From positions 1 through 62,661 of the forward strand of contig DAOUBX010000094.1 in NCBI GenBank assembly GCA_034432445.1: a DNA stretch of 62,661 bases, written 5' to 3'. The notes under the pieces are model-generated. The model was not told the DNA's origin and searched no databases. It was given only the letters and a program-made list of their open reading frames with translations. Shown one piece after another: positions 1-8,912 of the stretch (positions are counted from its first letter, which is position 1; every line of letters begins with the position of its first letter). This DNA comes from Anaerolineales bacterium. Lineage in GTDB: Bacteria > Chloroflexota > Anaerolineae > JAAEKA01. The position numbers and the translations under genes were made by a program.

Positions 1-38
1 GCAAATCGCCTACAAATGCCCGGCACCTGAGCAGTTAC
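1..38. mobile_element. Terminus of a MITE-like element, truncated by the window edge
   Basis: Ends in CTGAGCAGTTAC (27-38). The reverse complement of 1-38 matches 20848-20885 at 37 of 38 nt. Confidence 0.8.
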
Positions 39-39
39 T

Positions 40-336
40 GTCGATCTTCAAAAGTGCGCATTAGACACAGAGAATCGTGAACTACTGAAACTGGATTGTG
101 AAACTGCCGTTGCATCGTTGATCGCTGGCAAGAGCACCACCATGACCTCGAAACTCATGCTCGCGTTTCAAAACTGCAAGCTGGAAACGGCCAAGACGAT
201 GGATTACGCCACCTTCAGCCAGCGCGTTGCGCTTGATGAAGATTTCCTGGATTGGCTCAACCAAGCGCATCCGCTGTGGGAAGCTGACGCCATTGAATGG
301 GCCGTGACCGATGAAGGGAGGAGTGCGGATGGATAG
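40..336 (+). pseudogene. Probable 3' remnant of a gene cut by the MITE (hypothetical protein)
   Basis: The frame of ORF 118..336 stays open back to the MITE end (VDLQKCALDTENRELLKLD...). The nearest upstream stop, TGA 28-30, lies inside the TIR. No SD-supported start. Confidence 0.4.
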
Positions 337-938
337 CCTTTCGGTCACGCCAAGGGGATTTCCTGGCCGATTACTACCGCTGTTTCTCAGGCCAAAGCAC
401 CCAGACCTTCCGCAAACTGTACGGGTACAAGAAGCTGCTGGCGTGGCAGGCGGCGGATGAGTTAGCGCTGGCGGTGCATGACATGGTGATCGAGTTTCCT
501 TTCACCTACGCCGATCTGCGCAGCCAGATGCTCAAGTCGGCCGGGTCAGCGCCGGACAACATCGCCGAGGGCTATTGCCGCAACGCCTTGGGCGACTACA
601 TCCGCTTCTGCGAGATCGCCCGCGGCTCCTTGGGAGAGCTGGGCAGCCAAATCCAGCGCTGCGAACGGTGGCGTCTGATTGAAGGCGAACCCTTGGCGCG
701 GCTTCTTGACCTTTACAGCGATGCCACGTATCATCTGGAACAGCTCATCAAGAGCCTGCGCGCCAAACGCCAAGAAGGCGCCTGGGACCGCAGCCTCGGC
801 GTCCGCGAAGCTCCGGTCTCCTACGACGTACACTCCCTTGATCTTCCATTCGAACTCCCGGAGGACTTCTCACATCCCGATGACCCTGGCGACGACCAAG
901 TTCCTCCCACTTCCTCCGAGTTCCCCCAGTTCCCCTAG
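329..938 (+). CDS. Four helix bundle protein (TIGR02436 / 23S rRNA IVS-type, Avd-like), with a frame discontinuity near the start
   Basis: YGYKKLLAWQAADELA (420-467), SQMLKSAGSAPDNIAEGY and IARGSLGELGSQ are family motifs. The SD GGAGGAG (317-323) and ATG329 are one base out of frame with the domain. Confidence 0.8.
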
Positions 939-953
939 TTCCTCCCAATTCCC
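899..953. repeat. Degenerate 9-10-bp tandem array (AGTTCCYCC)
   Basis: agttcctccc acttcctccg agttccccc agttcccct agttcctccc aattccc; spans TAG 936-938 and ends at the SD AGGAG. Confidence 0.85.
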
Positions 954-964
954 AGGAGCTTCCC

Positions 965-2164
965 ATGCCATCCATCTACACCCAAGCCGTCCACGCCGGC
1001 GAGCGGCAGCCTGCGCCGCGCGAAGTGTCCGTCACCACACCGATCTACCACGCCGTGGGCTATCTGGAGCCGTCGGCCGCGGCCATGGAGGCGGTGTTTG
1101 CCGGCGAGCAGGCCGGCTACGTCTACCGCCGCTACGAAAGCCCCACGGTGGACGCCTTCGAGCGCGCCGTGGCCACGCTGGAAGGGGGCGAGGCGGCCTT
1201 CGCCACCGCGTCGGGCATGGCCGCGGTGCACGCCGCGCTGCTGGCGGCCGGCGTGCGCAACGGCAGCGCCGTGGTCGCCGCCCAAGACTGCTACGGCGCC
1301 ACCTACAGCCTGCTCAGCACGCTGATGGCCGAGCAGGGCGTGGCCGTCCATTTCGTGGACGTGACCGACCTGGCCCAGGTGCAGGCCACGCTGGCCGAGC
1401 GCCGGCCGGCCGCGCTGCTGGTGGAGACCATCTCCAACCCGCTGCTGAAGCTGGCTGACATCGCCGCGCTGGCTGAGCTGGCCCACGCGGCCGGCGCGGC
1501 CCTGATCGTGGACAGCACCTTCGCCACGCCCTACCTGTGCCGGCCGCTGGCTCTGGGCGCGGATTATGTCGTGCACTCGGCCAGCAAGTACATCGGCGGC
1601 CACGGCGACGTGCTGGCCGGCGTGGTGGTAACGTCCAACGCCAACCGGCAGCGGCTGTTCATGCTGGAGAAGCTGATCGGCGCGGTATTGGCGCCGGAGG
1701 TGGCGTGGCTGGCCCTGCGCGGGCTGAAGACGCTGCCGCTGCGCATGGAGCGCCACTGCGCTAACGCCCTGGCCGTGGCCGCGTGGCTGGCCCAACACCC
1801 GGCCGTGGCGCGCGTGCACTACCCTGGCCTGCCCGGCCACCCGCAGCACGAGTTGGCGCAGCGCCTGCTGGGCGGCCGCGGCTTTGGCGGTATGGTCGCC
1901 TTCGAGCTGCGCGATAGGACGCAACCTGCCGCCTTCCGCTTCCTGGACGCGCTCAAACTGGTCCTCCCTGCCACCACCCTGGGGGACGTGTACTCGCTGG
2001 CCCTCTACCCCGTCATGGCCAGCCACCGCGCTGTGCCGCCGGCCGAGCGCGCCCGCCTAGGCATCACAGACGGCCTGCTGCGCCTGAGCATCGGCATCGA
2101 GGACGTGGCCGACATCATCGCCGACCTGGCGCAAGCGCTGGAGACGGTAACACGTGATCGGTGA
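965..2164 (+). CDS. PLP-dependent trans-sulfuration enzyme (cystathionine gamma-synthase / methionine gamma-lyase family)
   Basis: YRRYESPT, ASGMAA, VETISNP, HSASKYIGGHGD (PLP lysine), LLRLSIGIED. Confidence 0.92.
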   Translation: MPSIYTQAVHAGERQPAPREVSVTTPIYHAVGYLEPSAAAMEAVFAGEQAGYVYRRYESPTVDAFERAVATLEGGEAAFATASGMAAVHAALLAAGVRNGSAVVAAQDCYGATYSLLSTLMAEQGVAVHFVDVTDLAQVQATLAERRPAALLVETISNPLLKLADIAALAELAHAAGAALIVDSTFATPYLCRPLALGADYVVHSASKYIGGHGDVLAGVVVTSNANRQRLFMLEKLIGAVLAPEVAWLALRGLKTLPLRMERHCANALAVAAWLAQHPAVARVHYPGLPGHPQHELAQRLLGGRGFGGMVAFELRDRTQPAAFRFLDALKLVLPATTLGDVYSLALYPVMASHRAVPPAERARLGITDGLLRLSIGIEDVADIIADLAQALETVTRDR

Positions 2165-2240
2165 CCCGTGATCGGTGATCGGTAACCAGTCCGTTCACCG
2201 TTCACCGTTCACCGTTCACCGTTCACCGTCCCCGTTCACC
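2154..2240. repeat. Heptamer arrays in inverted arrangement (GTGATCG-like units, then GTTCACC x6)
   Basis: Five perfect GTTCACC at 2193-2227 plus one at 2234-2240, facing GTGATCG-like units at 2154-2188. Overlaps both convergent stop codons. Confidence 0.9.
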
Positions 2241-3514
2241 CTCCCCATGATCCACAAGATCAGCGCGGCGATGCCGGCCGCGATGCTGGTGGAGAGAATG
2301 GCCAGGTTGTAGTTGTCGCCGCCCCGGTCGATGAACCAGCCGTTGACCACCGGGCTGAGGATCGAGGCTAGGGTGGTGGTGGCGTAGAACAGGCCGACTG
2401 CGCTGGCCGCGTGGCCGGGGGTGGACATGCTGAGCAGCGCAGGTAGGGCGTTGCTGTTGACCAGCGCCCAGGCCACCCCGCCCAGCGGCATGATGGCCAG
2501 GGTCACCGACACCGAGCGCACCACGAAGGCCAACGACACCAGCACGGCTAGGCCCACCAGCCCAACTATCATCGTCCGCCGGCGGCCCAAGCGCTCTCCC
2601 ACCATGCCGGCCGGCACCGAAGCCAGGATGTACGACAGGAAGAACACCCCCAGGATCAGCAGCGCCGTGTCTTCCGGCAAGGCCAACACGTTGCGGCCAT
2701 AGAGGGTAAAGAAGGTCTCCACCGCGTTGATGCCAAAGGTGTAAAAGAGGATGGCCAACAGCAGCAGCGGCACCCCGCGCCAGTTGTCGGCCAGGACGTC
2801 TTGCAACATGCGCAGGGAATTGGTGGGGGGCGCTGCGCCGCCGTCGTCAGCCTGCACCGTGTAGCGCCGGCGCAGCCAGGGCATGGCCGCGCTCAGCAGC
2901 GCGGTGGTCGTCAGCAACAACAGCGCCGCCACTGCAAAAGGCCCGGCGCGGTTGATACGATAAAGCCAGCCCAGCCCCACCGTGGCGATCAGAATGCCCA
3001 CGCCGCCCAGCACGTTGATGATGCCGTTGGCGGTGCTGCGGCGGTCGACCGGCGTCAGGTCGGGCAGCAAGGCGAACAAGGGCACGCGGATGACCGCCAT
3101 GGCGGCCAGCATGATCATCACCACGCCGATGAAGCTGGCCAGCCCGTTGAAGTACCGACCCACCAGGGGGATCAGCGCAAATCCGGCTGCGGCAAACGGC
3201 GCCCCCACCACGATGAAAGGCAGCCGCTGGCCCCAGCGGCTGCGCAGCCGGTCGCTGCGCGCGCCGATCCACGGCTGAATGAGCAGCGCCAGCAGGTTGT
3301 CCAGCATCATCACGACGCCGATGGCTGCGGCGCGCAGGCCAAAGTCCACCTGCAAGAGCACCGGCACGTAGGCGCCGTACAGCGTCCACATGGTGGTGAT
3401 AGCCATGTAACTCAAGCCGATGAAGATGGCCGGCGCGTAGTAAGCCTGGATCGCTGCGATAGCTGCGCGCCCGTGGGCCAGGGGGGAGAATTGGCGGGTG
3501 GTGGTTGGGGACAT
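2216..3514 (-). CDS. MFS transporter (maltose/sucrose GPH-like subgroup)
   Basis: About 12 hydrophobic helices; GARSDRLRSRWGQRLPFI and GERLGRRR MFS loop motifs. Confidence 0.88.
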   Translation of the reverse strand: MSPTTTRQFSPLAHGRAAIAAIQAYYAPAIFIGLSYMAITTMWTLYGAYVPVLLQVDFGLRAAAIGVVMMLDNLLALLIQPWIGARSDRLRSRWGQRLPFIVVGAPFAAAGFALIPLVGRYFNGLASFIGVVMIMLAAMAVIRVPLFALLPDLTPVDRRSTANGIINVLGGVGILIATVGLGWLYRINRAGPFAVAALLLLTTTALLSAAMPWLRRRYTVQADDGGAAPPTNSLRMLQDVLADNWRGVPLLLLAILFYTFGINAVETFFTLYGRNVLALPEDTALLILGVFFLSYILASVPAGMVGERLGRRRTMIVGLVGLAVLVSLAFVVRSVSVTLAIMPLGGVAWALVNSNALPALLSMSTPGHAASAVGLFYATTTLASILSPVVNGWFIDRGGDNYNLAILSTSIAAGIAALILWIMGRVNGDGER

Positions 3515-3695
3515 GATCGGCTCGGCGCGAGTGTATCATGTTGCACGGCCCATGACAAAACCCCTCGCCCCCCACAACGATACGGCCCCGGGTGGACCAT
3601 CATTCGGTTGACATGCCATCGGCCTGTCAGCGGCGGCCCCCGGGGGACACCCGCGCCTGCGCCGTCGCAGGGGCCAGGGTCGAACCCACCGGCTT

Positions 3696-3735
3696 AAAAA
3701 CAGCGCCGGACGCCTCCGGAGGCGTCCGGCTTTTT
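3696..3735. terminator. Intrinsic terminator hairpin, probably ending the cytochrome operon
   Basis: GCCGGACGCC-TCCGGA-GGCGTCCGGC with A and T runs on its flanks. Confidence 0.6.
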
Positions 3736-3921
3736 GGCGCACCAACAAGCCCCGTTCACGGGGCGCCGTTTGCCAGCCGAGGGTCTTCAGCCCGCGGCGC
3801 TGGCCGCCGGCGCGCGCCTCACATGTGCAACTCGATTACCCGGCTGTTTTGTCGATCTCCAACCAGCGTAACACCCGTCCCGGCGTCGTGCATTCGGTTG
3901 GTAGCCGGACGCACCTACGTG

Positions 3922-5622
3922 CTACGCAGCCGGCGGATGCGGCGGTTCCTCCTCGCGATCGGCAACGGATGCGGCGGCCGGCGGCGCTTCCGACAACTCA
4001 GCCTGATCGGCTGGCGGGACAGCGGCTGGCTCAGCGGCCGGCGCGACGGCAGCAACCGCGGCCTGGGCCGAAGCGGCCGACGGCGCGGCCGGCGCGGCCG
4101 GTCGCTGTCGATACAGCCAGTAGCCGCCGCCGGCCAGGATGCCGATGGACACCAGCAGCACAAGGAACGGGTTCCAGGGGATACGGATGCCAAAGCCGCG
4201 CGCGGCCTCCAGGTTGCCCGACAACAACACCGGCGTCGGCAGCGGCTGCGCGGCCGGAATCACCACCTGCATCCGCAAAGGCTGACGCTGGCCGGCGCTG
4301 GCCGAGCTGATAGAAGTCAGCACGGCTACCTCCTGAGGCGTGTAGCCCAGGGCCGCAAAGTCGACGATGCCGTCCGGCACGTGACAATCCTGGCACGGAC
4401 GCGCGTTCTGCTTGCCCACCACGCCATGGCTGATCTGCAACGGAACGCTCAGCTCCTTGGGCTGCCATGCGCCGCTGTAGGTCATGCCCGATTCCTTGGC
4501 GCCGACCGCGATAGCCCGCTCCAGGTCGCCCTGGGTGTAGAACACGCCCAGCTTGAGCGGGATCGCCTGGCCGCTGCTAGCGTCCACCGGCGCCGTGGCC
4601 TGGAACAGCTTGAAGGGCTGCAGCTTAGACGTCAAATCCGAGCGGCTGCCGGGCCAGGGCTGACCAGACAGGGCCGGCTGGCCGTTGTACCACAGAAAGA
4701 TCGGCTGCACCGAGTTGGGCGGCCGCACGTCGTCCACCGGCGCGTAGAGCTCGGTCACCGGGTCGTAAGTGGGCGGCGCCGTCCAGTCGCGCTCGACCAG
4801 GCCGCCGGTACCCAGCACATGGCAGGTGCGGCAGTCCAGGCGGACGTGTTGGTTGTTGATCAAGGGGTCGGTGTGGGGCGCGGCGGTGTGGCAGGTCTCA
4901 CAGGTCAGCCGCTGATCGGGCAGGTCGCGGCTCCAGATATCCGGCGCAAAGCCCAGGATCTTGTGATTCTGCGCGGCGTGGCAGTCCACACAGGTCATGC
5001 CCGCGTCGGCATGGACATCGGCCTTGCTGGCCTCGCCGTGCTTATCCTCCACCGGTGCAAAGTCCACCCCGCGCTTGAGCATTGGTCCGCCGCCGACGTT
5101 GAGATGGCACAGCAGGCAGTTCTCGGTGGTGGGACGTTGGGCCAGGCGGGCCGTCAACACGCTGCGATCCTGCGTCAACGTCCAAACGCCGTTCTCGTCC
5201 TGAACGGGAAAGCGCAGACCGCTGTCGTAGACCGGCGAATGGCAGATCAGGCAGTCGATGCCGGCCTTGTCGGCCGCCGTCGCCTGCTCTGGCGCAACAG
5301 GCAGCGCGCCGCCGCCGACATGGCAGCGGCCGCAGCCGCCGGGGATGTTGAGCGCCTCGTTAAGCATGCCCAGCCAGTTGATGCGGGCAATGCTACCGGC
5401 CACCGGGCTGTAGTGATCCATCTTGCCCTCCCACGTGTAGTGGATGCTGTGGATCACCTCGTCGGTGACGTTGCCGTGGCACATTTCGCATGTGGCTGGG
5501 CCGTTGTACTCCTGGATGCTCTTATGCGGCTCTGGCGCCTGGGCGTGGACCAGTGTTGGCAACGCAAGCGCGGCCAGCAACAACGCCAACCCGACTGCCA
5601 GGCTTTTCAACCGAAGTATCAC
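3922..5622 (-). CDS. Octaheme c-type cytochrome (OTR / tetrathionate reductase-like fold) with a C-terminal membrane anchor
   Basis: 8 CxxCH (CEMCH, CGRCH, CLICH, CLLCH, CVDCH, CETCH, CRTCH, CQDCH). HYTW, WYNG, PFK and FAALGY segments in OTR-like order. Signal peptide and C-terminal TM. GTG5622 with SD GGAGG overlaps the upstream stop (GTGA). Confidence 0.85.
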   Translation of the reverse strand: MILRLKSLAVGLALLLAALALPTLVHAQAPEPHKSIQEYNGPATCEMCHGNVTDEVIHSIHYTWEGKMDHYSPVAGSIARINWLGMLNEALNIPGGCGRCHVGGGALPVAPEQATAADKAGIDCLICHSPVYDSGLRFPVQDENGVWTLTQDRSVLTARLAQRPTTENCLLCHLNVGGGPMLKRGVDFAPVEDKHGEASKADVHADAGMTCVDCHAAQNHKILGFAPDIWSRDLPDQRLTCETCHTAAPHTDPLINNQHVRLDCRTCHVLGTGGLVERDWTAPPTYDPVTELYAPVDDVRPPNSVQPIFLWYNGQPALSGQPWPGSRSDLTSKLQPFKLFQATAPVDASSGQAIPLKLGVFYTQGDLERAIAVGAKESGMTYSGAWQPKELSVPLQISHGVVGKQNARPCQDCHVPDGIVDFAALGYTPQEVAVLTSISSASAGQRQPLRMQVVIPAAQPLPTPVLLSGNLEAARGFGIRIPWNPFLVLLVSIGILAGGGYWLYRQRPAAPAAPSAASAQAAVAAVAPAAEPAAVPPADQAELSEAPPAAASVADREEEPPHPPAA

Positions 5623-6929
5623 TGTCCACCTCCTTCGGTCTGATGGCAGGTCAGGCACTGCGTCTCTTCGTACGATGTGTGACTGATCGGCATGGGACGC
5701 ATACCGCCCTCTATGGCATGACAGAGCTTACACTGCGCCCAGTCGCCAGCGATGGTGTGGGGGATTACCGGCATCACCATGGCCGGCGCGCCGTCGGTGG
5801 ACGTGGGCGGCGTCTCGCCCGCAGCATGGCACATGGTACACTGCGCGTTGGTGAACGCCTCGTGATTGGCCGGCGCCGGCCGCACTGCGCTGCTAGGAGC
5901 GTGACAGGTGAGGCACTGGCTGTAAGGTCCATCCAGCGGATGGGGCACAGGCCCGGGCCCGGATGGCCCGCCTGCCGGCGCTGTCTCAGGCGGCGCCGGC
6001 TCGCGCGGGCTGGAGGTCAGGGTAATCACGCGCAGCGGCGTGGGCAGAGGTGTTACCTCCAGCCGAATGGCGCGCGGCGTCGGCAGCGCCGGCTGATAGG
6101 CCTGCTGTTCCACCGCCGTGCGCGGCACCGTGGTGATGGCCGTGGTCTCGGCCGTCAGCCAGCGCCACGTGCCCAACACCGACACCAGCACAAAGAGAGT
6201 GGCCAGCGGCGCGTACAGCTTGAGCCGGCTGTAGCGCACCTCTGGCTTGGGCGGCCGCCAGACCTTGCCTTGACGAATTCTCTCGATCTCCTGAGGATGC
6301 TCTTCCTCCATCTGCTCTTCGGTCAGGTAGCCGGTAAACATGCTCTTGTTGAAGACCTTGACGTGGACGTAGTAGGCGTGCCAGATCAGGATCGACAAGA
6401 CGGCCAGCACCGCCTCCATGCCGTGAGCGATCTTGGCCGCGGGCACGATCTCGCCCGGCAGGTATTGCGTGACCAGCACCGGGTTCCACAGCACGTAGCC
6501 GGTGAGCGTCATCAGCACCGTGCCCCACACCACCGCCCAGTACTCGATCTTCTCGATGAAGTTGAAGCGGGGGAAGCGAGGCTTCTGGCGGCTGAGGCCG
6601 AGGTTATACTTGACGGCTGCGAAGAAGTCGGTCACGTCGCCCAACGTCGGCAGCATGCTCATCGACTTGCGCTGCACGTAGACGCGGTAGCCCACTTGCA
6701 CCGCGTGGGCAATGGAGGTCAAGATCAAGATGACCGCGAACGTGTGGTGGATAACCCGCGTTTGCTCGATGCCTCCCAGGGCGCGAATCACGGCCACCGA
6801 GATGCCCAAGTCGGCGTACTTCTGCACCAGGCCTGTGATGGCCAGCATCGTGAAGGAGACCAAGAGCAGCAGGTGCAGCACCCGGTCGCTGACCAGGAAA
6901 CGCAGATAGCGTTGCGTGTTCTCGCTCAT
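5619..6929 (-). CDS. Cytochrome b (FdnI/CbcL-type) fused to a C-terminal tetraheme c domain
   Basis: RVLHLLL, RVIHH, IEYWAVVWG and AHGMEA...WHAYYVH b-heme histidines. 4 CxxCH (CLTCH, CTMCH, CKLCH, CLTCH) after a Pro-rich linker. Confidence 0.88.
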   Translation of the reverse strand: MSENTQRYLRFLVSDRVLHLLLLVSFTMLAITGLVQKYADLGISVAVIRALGGIEQTRVIHHTFAVILILTSIAHAVQVGYRVYVQRKSMSMLPTLGDVTDFFAAVKYNLGLSRQKPRFPRFNFIEKIEYWAVVWGTVLMTLTGYVLWNPVLVTQYLPGEIVPAAKIAHGMEAVLAVLSILIWHAYYVHVKVFNKSMFTGYLTEEQMEEEHPQEIERIRQGKVWRPPKPEVRYSRLKLYAPLATLFVLVSVLGTWRWLTAETTAITTVPRTAVEQQAYQPALPTPRAIRLEVTPLPTPLRVITLTSSPREPAPPETAPAGGPSGPGPVPHPLDGPYSQCLTCHAPSSAVRPAPANHEAFTNAQCTMCHAAGETPPTSTDGAPAMVMPVIPHTIAGDWAQCKLCHAIEGGMRPMPISHTSYEETQCLTCHQTEGGGQ

Positions 6930-8068
6930 GCTTGCACCTCCTCGCGGCGAGACCGCCGGTCTTTGATGTGCCGATAGGCGTCCAAGGCGATGTATACAAT
7001 GAAGAACCCGATCACCATGGGGATGAGGATGCGATAGAACCAGGTCACTGCAGTTACCAGCGGCGCAGTATCGAAGTTAGGCGCGTAATGGCCTAGCCAG
7101 CTCGCCGCAAAGTTGACCGACGCGTCCGGGTGGCACTCCTGGCAGCGCGGCAGGATGTTCGCCTGGATCAGCTCGCTGTCGCGCGTGGCAGGGGCGATGT
7201 CGTGCACGCCATGGCAATCGGTACAGACAGCCTTGTTGGTTGGCTGGTCAGGATGGGTCTTCTCGAACAACATCACCGTGGTGCCGTGGAAATCGGCCAC
7301 ATAGGTGTCGAACACCTCGGTAGAGATGCCGTACTTAGCCATCAACTCCTTGTCGGCGTGGCAACTCCCACACATCTCCGGCGATTGCAGCCGAAAGGCC
7401 AACGTGCGCGGATCGGTAGCCGTGTGCGCCGGGTGACAGGTGATGCACGTTGGCACGTCGGGGTTGCCCGTGCGCAGCGCCTCGCCGTGCACGCTGTCGG
7501 CAAACTGGCTGTGGATGGCGCTGTGGCACTGGGCGCAGATCTCGGCTGAGGCCGTCGCCGGCAGCTCGGGATGCTTCGCCTGGCTGATGGGCTGGACATT
7601 GTGGCTGCCGTGACAGTCAGCGCAGACAGCGGCCTCGCGCACGCCCCCAGCCTGTAGCTGAGCATGGATGCTGTCCACCTCCTGCATGGCCTGATCGGTG
7701 TGGCAGTTGGCGCAACTGTGGCTGTAGTGCAGTTGCAAGTCACGGTGATTGGCTGCCGGCGGAGTTCCATGCGGATAGCCGGTGACGTCGGAGTGACAGT
7801 CCTGACAACGCAGCGCCGCGTGCATCGAGCCCGCCAGCTCAACGCCGTCCATCGTCACAGGCAGCGCCTCGCCAGAGGGAAACGTCAGGTACAGACCCTC
7901 TTGTTGGTGACAGGTGAGGCATGCAACGTTGTCGGGGTTGGCAGCCCCAGGAAATACTTGCGGGGCTTGGGCGTTGGTTGGCCGCCACAGCAGCGCAATG
8001 CCGGCCAGTGCCAGCAACAGAGCGATCCAAAAGCCGCTTGTCAGCCACACATGATTGCGTTCGGTCAT
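6926..8068 (-). CDS. Nonaheme c-type cytochrome with a C-terminal membrane helix
   Basis: 9 CxxCH, an N-terminal signal/TM and a C-terminal TM. ATG8068 follows SD GGAG; the stop overlaps the next ATG (ATGA). Confidence 0.88.
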   Translation of the reverse strand: MTERNHVWLTSGFWIALLLALAGIALLWRPTNAQAPQVFPGAANPDNVACLTCHQQEGLYLTFPSGEALPVTMDGVELAGSMHAALRCQDCHSDVTGYPHGTPPAANHRDLQLHYSHSCANCHTDQAMQEVDSIHAQLQAGGVREAAVCADCHGSHNVQPISQAKHPELPATASAEICAQCHSAIHSQFADSVHGEALRTGNPDVPTCITCHPAHTATDPRTLAFRLQSPEMCGSCHADKELMAKYGISTEVFDTYVADFHGTTVMLFEKTHPDQPTNKAVCTDCHGVHDIAPATRDSELIQANILPRCQECHPDASVNFAASWLGHYAPNFDTAPLVTAVTWFYRILIPMVIGFFIVYIALDAYRHIKDRRSRREEVQA

Positions 8069-8166
8069 CGATCGATCTCCAGGAGCCCGTTGGTGCTTAT
8101 CAAGCGAATTGATCGCACAGATCACACATTGTCCGTGCTCGGCCCAGCGGTGGCACATGCGAAGCC

Positions 8167-8208
8167 ATCATAACAGGATTCAAGGGAAAGACCTATGACG
8201 TAGATCAT
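8167..8208 (-). promoter_or_regulatory. Cytochrome operon promoter: extended -10 plus a Crp/Fnr-like box
   Basis: TGTTATGAT (8175-8167) and ATGAC-GTAG-ATCAT (8195-8208), centred about -41.5 from the predicted start. Confidence 0.5.
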
Positions 8209-8278
8209 GTTTCATGACCAAAATTTGCTCCTGAGCAAAACTCGTTTTTCCACCAAACGCAGCGCCATGCAAGAAAAC

Positions 8279-8307
8279 TTGACGCAGAGTTAGGATAGTG
8301 TTATAAC
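8279..8307 (+). promoter_or_regulatory. Sigma70 promoter
   Basis: TTGACG-N17-TATAAC with TGn extension. Confidence 0.75.
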
Positions 8308-8349
8308 CTGTGACATCTTCGTAGTTTCTCGCAGAATTTCACCAGAACC

Positions 8350-8898
8350 ATGAGCTCCACGCAACGTCACCGCTTCATCTTGGACACTCTTGCCAACCAG
8401 GGATCGGCACGCATCGATGAGCTGGCCGAAGCGCTCAACGTGTCGACCATGACCGTACATCGTGATCTAGACCAGCTGGCGCGCGCGGGTCAACTGCGCA
8501 AGGTGCGAGGCGGCGCAACACTCGTCACCGACGCGATGGCGCCGGATGATCGCTGCCTGGCCTGTTACAAGCCGCTCGATGCGCGCACCCAGGTGACACT
8601 GCACTGGGCCGATGGCACACAGCGCCGCGCCTGTTGCCCACATTGCGGCCTAATGGTTGTGGGTCGAGGGACTGAACGCATTGTTGGCGTGCTGGCGACC
8701 GATTTTCTCTTCGGCCGCAGCATCAACGCGCGCGCTGCCACCTACCTGGCAGCACCCGCCATCGCCGTTTGCTGTACCCCCACCGTGCTGGCCTTCGAAG
8801 ACGCGCACTATGCCCAACGCTTCCAGGCCGGCTTCGGCGGTGAGCTATTCGACCTGAACGGGGCGATAGCCTTTGTCCGCACATCTATGCACCTTTGA
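8350..8898 (+). CDS. ycnK: Copper-sensing DeoR-HTH / NosL-like regulator (YcnK-like)
   Basis: DeoR HTH (VSTMTVHRDLDQL) followed by CLAC, CCPHC, CCTP and RFQAGFGG, the layout of Bacillus YcnK. Confidence 0.78.
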   Translation: MSSTQRHRFILDTLANQGSARIDELAEALNVSTMTVHRDLDQLARAGQLRKVRGGATLVTDAMAPDDRCLACYKPLDARTQVTLHWADGTQRRACCPHCGLMVVGRGTERIVGVLATDFLFGRSINARAATYLAAPAIAVCCTPTVLAFEDAHYAQRFQAGFGGELFDLNGAIAFVRTSMHL

Positions 8899-8912
8899 AA
8901 GGAGACTTGTTT

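Noticed and set aside
2154-2240. Tandem arrays as CRISPR repeats
   Set aside because: Units are 7-10 bp with no unique spacers, and there are no cas genes.
3660-3695. GGGTTCGACCC T-loop-like sequence on the minus strand
   Set aside because: No acceptor stem, D arm or anticodon arm can be built around it.
3592-6977. Long plus-strand ORFs 3592..5643 and 5490..6977
   Set aside because: They are antisense shadows of the motif-rich cytochrome genes, typical of high-GC DNA, and carry no motifs of their own.
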